A DNA stretch of 42,760 nucleotides. Source: Bacteroidota bacterium. GTDB lineage: Bacteria > Bacteroidota > Bacteroidia > Bacteroidales > JAKIYJ01. The notes under the pieces are model-generated. The model did not search any database and was not told the origin of the DNA. It saw only the letters and a list, made by a program, of their open reading frames with translations. The position numbers and the translations under genes are program-made. The stretch covers positions 1-42,760 of the forward strand of contig JAKIYJ010000001.1 in the NCBI GenBank assembly GCA_022708585.1. The letters run 5' to 3'. Shown in pieces: positions 1 to 8,687 of the stretch. Every line of letters starts with the position of its first letter. Positions within the stretch are counted from its first letter, which is position 1.

Positions 1-1668
1 GAGAGTAATAAAATGATTTCTATTATTAGATGTTTCGCCACCGAATTGATATTTGCATCCAAACGCAAGTACAACACCCATAAAGAAAAAAGAAATGCCC
101 AGATGAGAAAGAAAAGAATCTATCTTGATTTTTTTTGTAATAATTGCAGTTAAAATAATACATGCAGATAAAAGCAGTGAAGTAATAAATACAATAGAAT
201 GAGGATAAATACTAATATGTTTATTAAATGTTATGGTTAATCCAAATATTAATATTATTAATAAAAAAATATACATATAAATTGATTTTTTTTTGGAAAT
301 TTTATATATATTTATGATATTATATAATATTAAAAGTAAAAACAGAATTATAAGGAAAACAGATTGCCAATTGTTGTAATAACTGATAGTATCATTTGGC
401 AGGGATAATGAAGTACCAAAAATAAAATTAATTATAGGTATAGATGTACTGATAAATATATGAAGTGTTGATAGCACCAATAAGACCACAGAGGTAAAGG
501 TAACTAATTGACCTATCCCTGCAATAGAAAATTTTTTAGTTTTTACCTGTGTTTCATTATTTTCAGAAATATTTTTATTACGAAATTTTTTAATCAATAA
601 TAGTAAAAGATAAGTAAAGGTTATAATTAACACAGCAATTCCGAATGACTGTCCTACCCTGTTTACACTAAATGAGTGAACTGAAAGGCTGCCAAGAACG
701 CCACTTCTGGTTAAATAGACTGCATAAAATACAAGTATGTAGGCAATGATAAATAAATTTTGAGCAAGGGAACGATATTTTTTAATTAAGCCTGCATGAA
801 TGCCGGCAAATATTATTAATAAAGGCATTAAGGAAGCATTTTCAATTGGATCCCATACCCAGAAACCTCCGAAACTTAATGCTACATAAGCCCATGCGCC
901 ACCGAAACATATTCCCATAGATAGAAAGAATAATGCTATCAAGGAAAATCTTCTACTTATATCAAAAGAAAATTTATCATCACCGAATATCAGTTCCGAC
1001 ATAGCAATAGCCCAGGGTATCAAAGACGCAGCATAACCGGCAAATATAACCGGGGGATGTATCAACATCCAGAAGTTACGAAGCAATGGATTAAGACCTC
1101 TACCCTCGCCTATCAAACTTAAATAATCTGGATTTGCAAAAATCTTGCTTCCAACATTTGCAGGCAATTCACGCAATAAGAGAAATGGGCTTTCGCCAAA
1201 ATGGATCCCCAGAAAACTAAAATCACAAACAAGTAAAACAAGAAATATCTGAATTGGCAATATAAACATCATTGGTTTAAAAGATTTTTCGCCATACCCA
1301 AAAAGAAAAATAACTGAAAACAGTGATTGTAAAAAAATCCATAACAACAAGCTCCCTTCCTTCCCTGCCCATAATGCGGACAATCTGTAACCAGCAGATA
1401 AATCAGAAGCCGTATGTGACCAAACATAAGCATATTCGTAAAAACCAGAATATAAGGCTATCAACAATATAACAACAGCGGCTATGATAAAAATAAAATG
1501 AAAAAGTAAAGCATATTTGCCAGTTTGAATAAATGTTTTTTTATTTTTTGAAGATAAAATAAAATAAAACAAAAATGACAGAAAAGCAATAATAGCAGTA
1601 ACAAGAGCAAAACATACCATGATTTTACCTGTTACTCCAACCCAGAGATGTTCACCAATAAATTTCAT
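1..1668 (-). CDS. ccmF: Cytochrome c biogenesis heme lyase, CcmF/NrfE family (C-terminal part lies beyond the left window edge)
   Basis: Not in the ORF track because it runs off the edge. My reverse-strand translation from ATG at 1668-1666 stays open to position 1: MKFIGEHLWVGVTGKIM... It contains YRLSALWAGKEGSLLLW (about 1392-1342), the Trp-rich heme-handling motif FGGFWVWDPIENAS (about 873-832; frame checked against the start codon), LTRSGVLGSLSVHSF, and many TM segments. These are CcmF/CcsA-family hallmarks. Confidence 0.8.
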   Translation of the reverse strand, partial: MKFIGEHLWVGVTGKIMVCFALVTAIIAFLSFLFYFILSSKNKKTFIQTGKYALLFHFIFIIAAVVILLIALYSGFYEYAYVWSHTASDLSAGYRLSALWAGKEGSLLLWIFLQSLFSVIFLFGYGEKSFKPMMFILPIQIFLVLLVCDFSFLGIHFGESPFLLLRELPANVGSKIFANPDYLSLIGEGRGLNPLLRNFWMLIHPPVIFAGYAASLIPWAIAMSELIFGDDKFSFDISRRFSLIALFFLSMGICFGGAWAYVALSFGGFWVWDPIENASLMPLLIIFAGIHAGLIKKYRSLAQNLFIIAYILVFYAVYLTRSGVLGSLSVHSFSVNRVGQSFGIAVLIITFTYLLLLLIKKFRNKNISENNETQVKTKKFSIAGIGQLVTFTSVVLLVLSTLHIFISTSIPIINFIFGTSLSLPNDTISYYNNWQSVFLIILFLLLILYNIINIYKISKKKSIYMYIFLLIILIFGLTITFNKHISIYPHSIVFITSLLLSACIILTAIITKKIKIDSFLSHLGISFFFMGVVLAFGCKYQFGGETSNNRNHFITL

Positions 1669-1750
1669 ACTACAATAATTTAAAAAATTAATATTTCAAA
1701 GGCTTTTACCATAAAGATGATTACTTGTATTAGAAATACCATAAACTTTA

Positions 1751-1758
1751 CAAATATA
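1751..1758 (-). promoter_or_regulatory. Candidate Bacteroidota sigma-A -7 box (TATATTTG on minus strand) for ccmF
   Basis: The reverse complement of CAAATATA is TATATTTG, matching the TAnnTTTG consensus, about 83 nt upstream of the ccmF ATG. Confidence 0.35.
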
Positions 1759-1784
1759 AAATTTATGCAAATATCGTAATAAAT

Positions 1785-1940
1785 ATTGAGCCAATTGCAG
1801 CTCGCAGAAGTTTTAAAATAAAGAATTGAGACGCTCGATGAAGTTTTGCACCTCAGTTTTTATATTCACCAATTTTTATTAAATTACGACGAAGTCTGCC
1901 CGCACACAATAGCCAGCATGCAAAACTTCGCCAAGCGAGG
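1785..1940. repeat. GC-enriched cluster of GCTCG-N3-GAAGTTTT(GCA) motif copies (two direct, one degenerate, one inverted)
   Basis: GCTCGCAGAAGTTTT at 1800-1814 and GCTCGATGAAGTTTTGCA at 1833-1850. A weak copy, CGACGAAGTCT, lies at 1887-1897. An inverted copy, TGCAAAACTTCGCCAAGCGAG, lies at 1919-1939. GAAGTTTTGCA (1840-1850) and TGCAAAACTTC (1919-1929) form an 11-bp perfect inverted repeat. ATTGAG precedes both direct copies. Confidence 0.5.
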
Positions 1941-2286
1941 TAAACCTGTTTTAGGATGAGACAGAAAATATTTTTTATATACAGTGTAATGATTTTAAAA
2001 ACTTATGTAATTTCGACACATAATTTTTACAAAATTATACTACTACAAAAACACCATAAAACATATACTTTAAACTTTTCGGAGACTAAGTCTTGACTCT
2101 TTGATACTGGTTGACTTTCAAAAAAGATGACAATATTTTAAATATTAATTAATATCATTTGAATCATAATATTTTTTTAAAAAGTAAATCTCAATAAACA
2201 AATGTAAGAATTAACAAGACCAAAAACCAATTAAATTATTCTTCATTTTTAATTATCAAACCTGAATATCAACATAACTATTTAAA

Positions 2287-3015
2287 ATGTTTGCCTTACT
2301 AAAAAAAGAAATTAATTCATTTCTTAATTCATTGATAGCTTATATTGTAATTTCAGTTTTTTTACTTGTAAATGGATTATTTTTATGGGTATTTAAAACA
2401 GATTTTAACATAATAAACTATGGCTATGCTGGAATTGATGGACTGTTTATGCTTGCTCCCTTTGTATTCTTATTTTTAATTCCAGCAATCTGTATGAAGT
2501 CATTTGCGGAAGAAAAAAAAACAGGAACCATAGAAACACTGTTAACAAAACCATTAAGTGATATTAAAATCATTATTGCAAAATTTTTGGCTGGGGTATT
2601 TCTTGTTTTTTTCTCTTTGCTGCCTACTCTTGTTTATTTTTTAAGTGTAAAATATCTTTCTTTGCCTCCTGGCATTGATACAGGAGCTACTTGGGGATCT
2701 TATTTTGGACTGTTATTTTTAGGAGCCGCCTTTGTCTCAGCCGGACTGTTTTGCTCTTCATTAACTGATAATCAAATAATTGCTTTTATCACTTCCGTTT
2801 TATTATGTGGATTTAGCTATATTGGTTTTGACCTTATATATGAAATGTTCGGTAAATCCGAATTATTTGTAAAATCTCTTGGAATTAACGCACATTATAC
2901 TTCGATGAGTCGTGGAGTTATTGATACAAGAGATATTATTTATTATTTAAGTTATATAACTCTTTTTATTGTTCTAACAAAAATTTCTCTTGAAAAAAGA
3001 AAATGGGATAAATAA
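2287..3015 (+). CDS. gldF: Gliding motility-associated ABC transporter permease GldF
   Basis: 242-aa polytopic ABC-2-type permease. MFALLKKEINSFLNSLIAYIV... and FAEEKKTGTIETLLTKPLS look like GldF as I recall the family. It is followed directly by a GldG-type gene. Confidence 0.85.
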   Translation: MFALLKKEINSFLNSLIAYIVISVFLLVNGLFLWVFKTDFNIINYGYAGIDGLFMLAPFVFLFLIPAICMKSFAEEKKTGTIETLLTKPLSDIKIIIAKFLAGVFLVFFSLLPTLVYFLSVKYLSLPPGIDTGATWGSYFGLLFLGAAFVSAGLFCSSLTDNQIIAFITSVLLCGFSYIGFDLIYEMFGKSELFVKSLGINAHYTSMSRGVIDTRDIIYYLSYITLFIVLTKISLEKRKWDK

Positions 3016-3053
3016 TTTTTTAAATATTATATCATTTAACATTTATTAATTAT

Positions 3054-3183
3054 GAGCCACTCCGAAAAGTCTATAAATTATATTCTCATTAAATTTATCT
3101 ATATTTTTAATTAATTTATATATGAAATCAATTGATTTATTTTATTAAAAATCAAAATAATAATGACTTTTCAGAATGAACTC
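3054..3183 (+). mobile_element. MITE-like element, copy A (130 bp, imperfect terminal inverted repeats)
   Basis: The left end GAGCCACTCCGAAAAGTC (3054-3071) is an imperfect inverted repeat of the right end GACTTTTCAGAATGAACTC (3165-3183). The ends and an internal 16-mer, TTAAATTTATCTATAT (3089-3104), recur in reverse orientation at 17994-18130. Confidence 0.55.
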
Positions 3184-3272
3184 AACCATAACAATCAAAA
3201 AATTATATAAAAGACTTAAATCACAAAATTATAATGATAAACAATAACATATAAAACATTTATAAATTTTAA

Positions 3273-5027
3273 ATGTCAAATAAAAATAAACATATTAAAA
3301 AGCAGAATATAACCGAGTTGATACTTATTTTGGTTTTAATAGCACTTTTGAATACAGTATCTCATTTTATTTTTGTGCGTTTTGATTTAACAGAAGGTAA
3401 AAGATATTCACTTTCAAAAACCACAAAAAATATTCTTAAACAAATTGATGATGTTGTAACTTTTACAGTTTATCTTGAAGGGGACCTTCCAGCAGGATTA
3501 AAACTTCTTCGCAATGAAACCAAAGAATTACTTGATGAATACAGAGCTTTTAATAAAAATATTGAATATAAATTTGTTGATCCCTCTTCTGGTTCTGACT
3601 CAAAACAAATTAAAAATTTTTATCAACAACTTATTGAAACAAAAAAATTAGTACCTACTTACATCACTGTGTCTACCAAATCGGGGAAAACACAACAAAT
3701 TGTTTTTCCTGCTGCAACGGTTTTTTATAAGGGAAAAGAAATTCCTCTTCAACTGCTCCAAACTCAAAAAGGAGTGCCAAATGATGAAATACTTAACAAT
3801 TCTATTCAAAATCTGGAATATAATATTACAAATGCTCTTTATAAGATAACTCTAACAGAAAAACCTAAAATTGCTTTCATTGAAGGACACGGAGAACTAA
3901 ATGCTATTGAAACTGCAAGTATAACCTATGCTTTACAGGAATATTATGAAATTGATAGAATCAAATTAAACGGAAAATTAAATTCTCTGGCTAAACGCAT
4001 TTATAAAGATAAGGACTCTGTTAACAGTGAATTTGTTAATAAATACGAAGCAATCATTATTGCAAAACCTGACTCCGCTTTTAACAGATGGGATAAATAT
4101 CTTATAGATCAACACATAATGCGAGGAGGCAAAGTTTTATGGTTAATAGATCCTGTATATGCCAATATGGACAGTTTAAGAACTCGACCAGAAACTATTG
4201 GTTTCGCTTTGGATTTAAACCTTGATGACATGCTGTTCAAATATGGAGTCAAATTGCGTAATAATTTGATAATGGATTTAAATGCCGTACCCATTCCCGC
4301 ACCTGTTACCTCAACAGGAGGAGAACAAAAATATGATTTTTTCCCCTGGTATTTTTCTCCTGTTGTTACTCCTGCATCTAAACATCCCATTGTTAACAAT
4401 CTTAATGCTATTAAAACAGAATTTGTGAGTACTATTGACACAATTGGAAATAAGCAAATACAAAAAACTATTTTACTCACAACCTCAAAATATTCAAGAA
4501 CACTGAATGCACCAGTTATTATTAGCCTTAAAATTCTTTATATGCCTCCTGACGAAAAACTATTTAATAAACCTTTTCAACCAATAGCAGTTTTACTTGA
4601 AGGTAGTTTTAATTCGGCTTTTCGTAACCTTATGCCACCAGAACTTGCAAATAATAAAGATTTTAAATTTATAGAAAAAGGAAAAACAACAAAAATGATA
4701 GTCGTATCAGATGGAGATATTATTAAAAACCAGATAAGAGTTAGCGATGGTCAACCTCTCCCATTGGGCTACGATAAATATACTGGACAAATGTTTGGAA
4801 ATAATGATTTTATTTTGAATTGTATAAATTATTTAACTGATAACTCGGGATTAATACAATTACGCTCTGCAAAGAACTTTAAAATGAGATTGCTTGACAT
4901 GCCTAAAATTGAAAAAAACAAACTAACAATACAGTTTATAAATATTGTACTGCCAGTATTAATAATTATCATTTTCGGAATTGTACAAAGTTTAATACGA
5001 AAACATAAATATCAAATCAAACGTTAA
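3273..5027 (+). CDS. gldG: Gliding-associated ABC transporter auxiliary component GldG
   Basis: 584 aa with an N-terminal TM anchor (ITELILILVLIALLNTV), a large extracytoplasmic region and a C-terminal TM (IQFINIVLPVLIIIIFGIV). This architecture, and the position after gldF, are typical of GldG. Confidence 0.85.
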   Translation: MSNKNKHIKKQNITELILILVLIALLNTVSHFIFVRFDLTEGKRYSLSKTTKNILKQIDDVVTFTVYLEGDLPAGLKLLRNETKELLDEYRAFNKNIEYKFVDPSSGSDSKQIKNFYQQLIETKKLVPTYITVSTKSGKTQQIVFPAATVFYKGKEIPLQLLQTQKGVPNDEILNNSIQNLEYNITNALYKITLTEKPKIAFIEGHGELNAIETASITYALQEYYEIDRIKLNGKLNSLAKRIYKDKDSVNSEFVNKYEAIIIAKPDSAFNRWDKYLIDQHIMRGGKVLWLIDPVYANMDSLRTRPETIGFALDLNLDDMLFKYGVKLRNNLIMDLNAVPIPAPVTSTGGEQKYDFFPWYFSPVVTPASKHPIVNNLNAIKTEFVSTIDTIGNKQIQKTILLTTSKYSRTLNAPVIISLKILYMPPDEKLFNKPFQPIAVLLEGSFNSAFRNLMPPELANNKDFKFIEKGKTTKMIVVSDGDIIKNQIRVSDGQPLPLGYDKYTGQMFGNNDFILNCINYLTDNSGLIQLRSAKNFKMRLLDMPKIEKNKLTIQFINIVLPVLIIIIFGIVQSLIRKHKYQIKR

Positions 5028-5037
5028 TTTTCACAAA

Positions 5038-6093
5038 ATGTTAAAAAAAAACAGAGTTTTACTGATTTCCGTAATATTACTTGCTATATTAGCTGTAATA
5101 CTTTATTTATCAAATTCAACTAACACATTTAGCAAAAATGACAGCAATTTTGCTATTACAGATTCATCAACAGTAACAAGAATATTCCTTACTGACAAGG
5201 AAAACAACAAAGTGGAGTTAAGAAAGGAAGGGAAGGGAAATTGGATAGTTAATAACAAATATAAGGCTAGTAATGATCAAATAAATTTTTTACTAAAAAC
5301 CATGATTTCTCTTGATGCTAAAACCAAAGTTCCTAAAACTGAACAGGACAACGTCATTCGCAGAATGGCTGCCATTGGCATAAAAGTAGAAATTTATCAA
5401 ACAGCATACAGAATCCATATCTCCGATAAATTAAAATGGTTTCCCTACGAAAAACTTTCTCTGGTATATTATGTTGGAGATGCTACAAAAGATAACCTGG
5501 GCACATATATGCTTATACAAAATGCCAAACATCCATATATAGTCCAGATAAAAGGTTTTAATGGTTTCTTATTTACGCGATATTCAACCAATGAAGATGA
5601 CTGGAAAGACCATTCAATATTTAATTACAGACTTACAGAAATTAAAACTGTTACTCTTGAAATGCCTGATGCCCCAGATAAATCATGGACCCTTGAAAAC
5701 CTTGATAATCGAAATTTTAAACTTTACAGTTTAAAAGACAATAAAGAAATACAAAATATTGATACACTACGTGTAATGGAATATTTAGGTTCGTTTGCCA
5801 ATGTTAAATTTGAAATTTTTCTCAACAATATGCAGTCCGAAATCAAAGATTCTATAATTAATTCAACTCCCTGGCATATCCTAACCATTACCGACATTAA
5901 TGGCAAACAAACTACTATAAAAACATATAGAAAAAAAGCAAACCCCGGAGAAACTGATATGGCAGGCAATACTGTTTTATGGGATAGAGATCGCCTTTAT
6001 GCTCTGGTAAATGATGGTAAAGACTTTGTAATGATACAGTTTTTTATTTTTGATCGTATTCTAAGATCTATTGATTATTTTATTAAAAAATAA
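5038..6093 (+). CDS. DUF4340-like membrane-anchored protein, co-transcribed with gldFG
   Basis: 351 aa with an N-terminal anchor (VLLISVILLAILAVILYL). It starts 10 nt after the gldG stop. GldG-type genes are commonly followed by a DUF4340 protein. The call rests on context and overall appearance, not on a diagnostic motif. Confidence 0.55.
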   Translation: MLKKNRVLLISVILLAILAVILYLSNSTNTFSKNDSNFAITDSSTVTRIFLTDKENNKVELRKEGKGNWIVNNKYKASNDQINFLLKTMISLDAKTKVPKTEQDNVIRRMAAIGIKVEIYQTAYRIHISDKLKWFPYEKLSLVYYVGDATKDNLGTYMLIQNAKHPYIVQIKGFNGFLFTRYSTNEDDWKDHSIFNYRLTEIKTVTLEMPDAPDKSWTLENLDNRNFKLYSLKDNKEIQNIDTLRVMEYLGSFANVKFEIFLNNMQSEIKDSIINSTPWHILTITDINGKQTTIKTYRKKANPGETDMAGNTVLWDRDRLYALVNDGKDFVMIQFFIFDRILRSIDYFIKK

Positions 6094-6142
6094 TAATCTA
6101 TATAATATATTGACTAAATAATCTATATAATATGTTGACTAA
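6093..6142. repeat. Tandem duplication, 2 x 25 bp (ATAATCTATATAATATRTTGACTAA)
   Basis: Copy 1 is 6093-6117 and copy 2 is 6118-6142, with one mismatch (A/G). The repeat starts on the last base of the stop codon of the upstream gene. Confidence 0.8.
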
Positions 6143-6287
6143 TCGATAATAATTATTTCTATGTTGTATATTTTAATATTATGTTAATTATAACTTTTAA
6201 AAACATTCAATAATACCCATATTTTTTTTATTTTTGTAATTATTTAATTTTTTAATCTAAATCAAACAAATTTTTTAAAATTATTTA

Positions 6288-6295
6288 TAACTTTG
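6288..6295 (+). promoter_or_regulatory. Candidate -7 box TAACTTTG for the OmpA-family gene
   Basis: Matches TAnnTTTG, 49-73 nt upstream of the two candidate ATGs (6344, 6368). Confidence 0.35.
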
Positions 6296-6343
6296 TATCA
6301 AAATTAAATACTTAATATTTTACAAATAAAATTTTTATTTTCA

Positions 6344-8593
6344 ATGTTAAATAAAAACAATATTATCATGAAAAAATTTTTTATATTTCTTGTCAGCCTG
6401 TTATTTTCATTCCCTTTTGTACAAAATTCCAATGCACAAAAGTGTTCTTTGTCAAAAGCCAATAATTATTATATTAATCTGAATTATTCAAAGGCTATTC
6501 CTTTATATGAAAGGGTTTTAAAAAAATCACAGGGAGATTTTGAAACAATGACCAAACTTGCTGATTGTTACAGGTTAACAAACAATACTGATAAAGCTTC
6601 TGATCTTTATGCCAAAATTGTTGATTTGCCCGATATTCCTCCAATTAATAAATATTATTATGCACAAACTTTGTTAAGTAAAGGTGAATATCAAAAAGCC
6701 GCCGAATATTTTAAAAAATATCAGGAAGTTTCACGTGATCCTTATGTAAAATCAATTAATAATCTGTCGAACTATTTTAAAGACAGTGCCAATTATAAAA
6801 TCACAAAAGTTTCATTTAATTCTAAGAATAATGATTTTTCTCCTGCTTTGCTGGAAAATCAAAAAATAGTTTTTGTTTCTTCAAGGCCCGAGTCAAGGCT
6901 TGTAAATTATACACATGGATGGACTGGCTATTCGTTTACACATCTTTTGTATACAGAAAAAAATAAAAAGAATAAATATAAAAATCCTAAAATGTTCTCT
7001 CGTAAAATACAATCACGTTTTAATGAAGGACCAATGTGTTTTAGTTCTGATATGAATATAATGTATTTTACAAGAAATGCGATTTTTAATAATAAAACTT
7101 TAAAAGGTGATGATGGTAAAGTTAAACTCCAAATATGCCAGGCAACATATTACAAAAATCAAAAAAAATTCAAAAATGCAGTAGAATTTGAACATAATAA
7201 CATTAATTATAATTATGCCCATCCCGCTTTAAGTCCCGATGGTAAATATTTATATTTTTCATCCGACAGGCCAGGTGGATATGGAGGTATGGACCTATGG
7301 ATGTGCGAAAGGCAGGATAATCACTGGAGTTCACCAGTTAATTTGGGTAACAAGATAAACACGCCCGGCAATGAAGTATTCCCTTTTATACAGGGAACTG
7401 ATAGAATCTATTTTTCATCTGATGGATTATGTGGTTTAGGCGGGCTTGATATATTTACTGCACGTCTTGATCCTCATACAGGAAAACCATCTGGTAAAAC
7501 TTACAATATGGGAGCTAATTTAAATAGCAGGGCTGATGATTTTGGAATATGCTTTAGAGCAGATGGGAAAAGCGGTTTTTTAAGTTCAAACCGTAATGGT
7601 GAAGGACTTAATGACGATATTTATGAATTTACCATTATAAATCCTGTAAACTTTAGCATTTTAATTAAAGGAAAAACTATTGATAAACAAACTGGCAAAC
7701 CAATATCAGGAGCTAAAATTAAACTGTTGAATGAAAAAGGTGAAACAGTGGAACAAATATTAAGCGATGAAAATGGAAATTACATTTTTGAAGCCGAATT
7801 TGATCATAATTATCAACTTATTGGAGAAAAAGATAAAAATTATAAACCTGTAAATAATTCTGTATCTACTCATAATTCTAAAAATAAAAATGAAATCATC
7901 TCAGATATTTATTTCGAAATAATCCCTCCTGCCAAATTAACCATTAGCCTTATAAATTCAAAAAGCAAACAGGCTGTTGAAGGAGTTAAAATAATACTTA
8001 CTGATAAACAAACCAATGAAATTAGCGAATATTATACCAATGAAAAAGGTATGATTAATATTCCACTGAATAAAAAAGCCGGAGACCAGTTTACATACAG
8101 TATTAATTTTACTCATAATGAATATTTGCCTAAAACTGTTGATGTATCTCAAACAATAGCACCTTCAGGAGAAATATCACTAAAAGAAGAAATATTCAAA
8201 ATTGAACTGGGACAAGATGTTGGCAAAGCATTAAATCTCAATCCTATTTATTTTGATTACGATAAATTTGACATAAGACCTGATGCACAAATTGAACTTG
8301 ATAAAATAGTTACTATTATGAATGAATATCCCAATATGGTTATAGAACTTGGTTCACACACCGATTGCAGAGGAAAGGCTTCATATAATTTGAACTTGTC
8401 TGATAAACGTGCAAAGGCTTCAGCATCTTATATAATTTCTAAAGGTATTGATAAATCAAGAATCTATGGTAAAGGCTACGGAGAAAGTAAATTAATTAAT
8501 AACTGCAAATGCGAAGGAAAAAATGTAACACCCTGTACCGAAGAAGAACATCAAATAAATCGTCGTACTGAATTTATTATCGTTAAAAAATAA
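6344..8593 (+). CDS. OmpA-family outer-membrane/peptidoglycan-associated protein with TPR, TolB-like (PD40) repeats and carboxypeptidase-regulatory-like domains
   Basis: C-terminal OmpA-like domain: IYFDYDKFDIRPDA...LGSHTDCRGKASYNLNLSDKRAKA...NRRTEFIIV. PD40-like repeats, e.g. HPALSPDGKYLYFSSDRPGGYGGMDLW. Beta-sandwich repeats, e.g. GKTIDKQTGKPISGAKIKL. The signal peptide MKKFFIFLVSLLFSFPFVQNSNA suggests the true start is the ATG at 6368. Confidence 0.85.
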   Translation: MLNKNNIIMKKFFIFLVSLLFSFPFVQNSNAQKCSLSKANNYYINLNYSKAIPLYERVLKKSQGDFETMTKLADCYRLTNNTDKASDLYAKIVDLPDIPPINKYYYAQTLLSKGEYQKAAEYFKKYQEVSRDPYVKSINNLSNYFKDSANYKITKVSFNSKNNDFSPALLENQKIVFVSSRPESRLVNYTHGWTGYSFTHLLYTEKNKKNKYKNPKMFSRKIQSRFNEGPMCFSSDMNIMYFTRNAIFNNKTLKGDDGKVKLQICQATYYKNQKKFKNAVEFEHNNINYNYAHPALSPDGKYLYFSSDRPGGYGGMDLWMCERQDNHWSSPVNLGNKINTPGNEVFPFIQGTDRIYFSSDGLCGLGGLDIFTARLDPHTGKPSGKTYNMGANLNSRADDFGICFRADGKSGFLSSNRNGEGLNDDIYEFTIINPVNFSILIKGKTIDKQTGKPISGAKIKLLNEKGETVEQILSDENGNYIFEAEFDHNYQLIGEKDKNYKPVNNSVSTHNSKNKNEIISDIYFEIIPPAKLTISLINSKSKQAVEGVKIILTDKQTNEISEYYTNEKGMINIPLNKKAGDQFTYSINFTHNEYLPKTVDVSQTIAPSGEISLKEEIFKIELGQDVGKALNLNPIYFDYDKFDIRPDAQIELDKIVTIMNEYPNMVIELGSHTDCRGKASYNLNLSDKRAKASASYIISKGIDKSRIYGKGYGESKLINNCKCEGKNVTPCTEEEHQINRRTEFIIVKK

Positions 8594-8611
8594 ATACTTG
8601 CATACGTTTTT

Positions 8612-8648
8612 AAAAACCCTTGCTAATATTCTTTTGCAGGGGTTTTTT
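8612..8648 (+). terminator. Rho-independent terminator after the OmpA-family gene
   Basis: Stem CCCTTGC (8617-8623) pairs with GCAGGGG (8636-8642), including one G.U pair. A T-run follows at 8643-8648, and an A-run precedes the stem. Confidence 0.6.
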
Positions 8649-8687
8649 ATAATATCTTTTTAACTCGAAAAAATAAAAAATTATAAT

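Noticed and set aside
1785-1960. tRNA or other known small RNA gene in the GC-richer patch
   Set aside because: I could find no cloverleaf and no T-loop GGTTCGAATCC-type sequence. I see no resemblance to SRP, 6S, RNase P or tmRNA conserved cores, and all frames are closed by stops. It is retained only as an unexplained motif cluster.
2140-2155. Perfect AT-only palindromes such as ATATTAATTAATAT in spacers
   Set aside because: They are expected by chance at this base composition and are not repeated or conserved within the window.
4109-4480. Other short antisense or nested ORFs in the track (e.g. 4109-4480, 5724-5969, 7958-8152, 8968-9204, 9029-9277, 10728-11079, 14645-15930 set, 17079-17929 set, 21548-22817 set, 31844-32051, 37237-37817, 38228-38854, 40029-40885, 41875-42057)
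   Set aside because: All are embedded in, or antisense to, longer ORFs with clear family identity. None shows a recognisable motif. I treat them as non-coding.
6110-6131. E. coli-type sigma-70 promoter (TTGACT ... TATAAT) within the 25-bp duplication
   Set aside because: The spacer between the hexamers is only 10 bp rather than about 17. Bacteroidota primary sigma factors use TTTG/TAnnTTTG rather than these hexamers.
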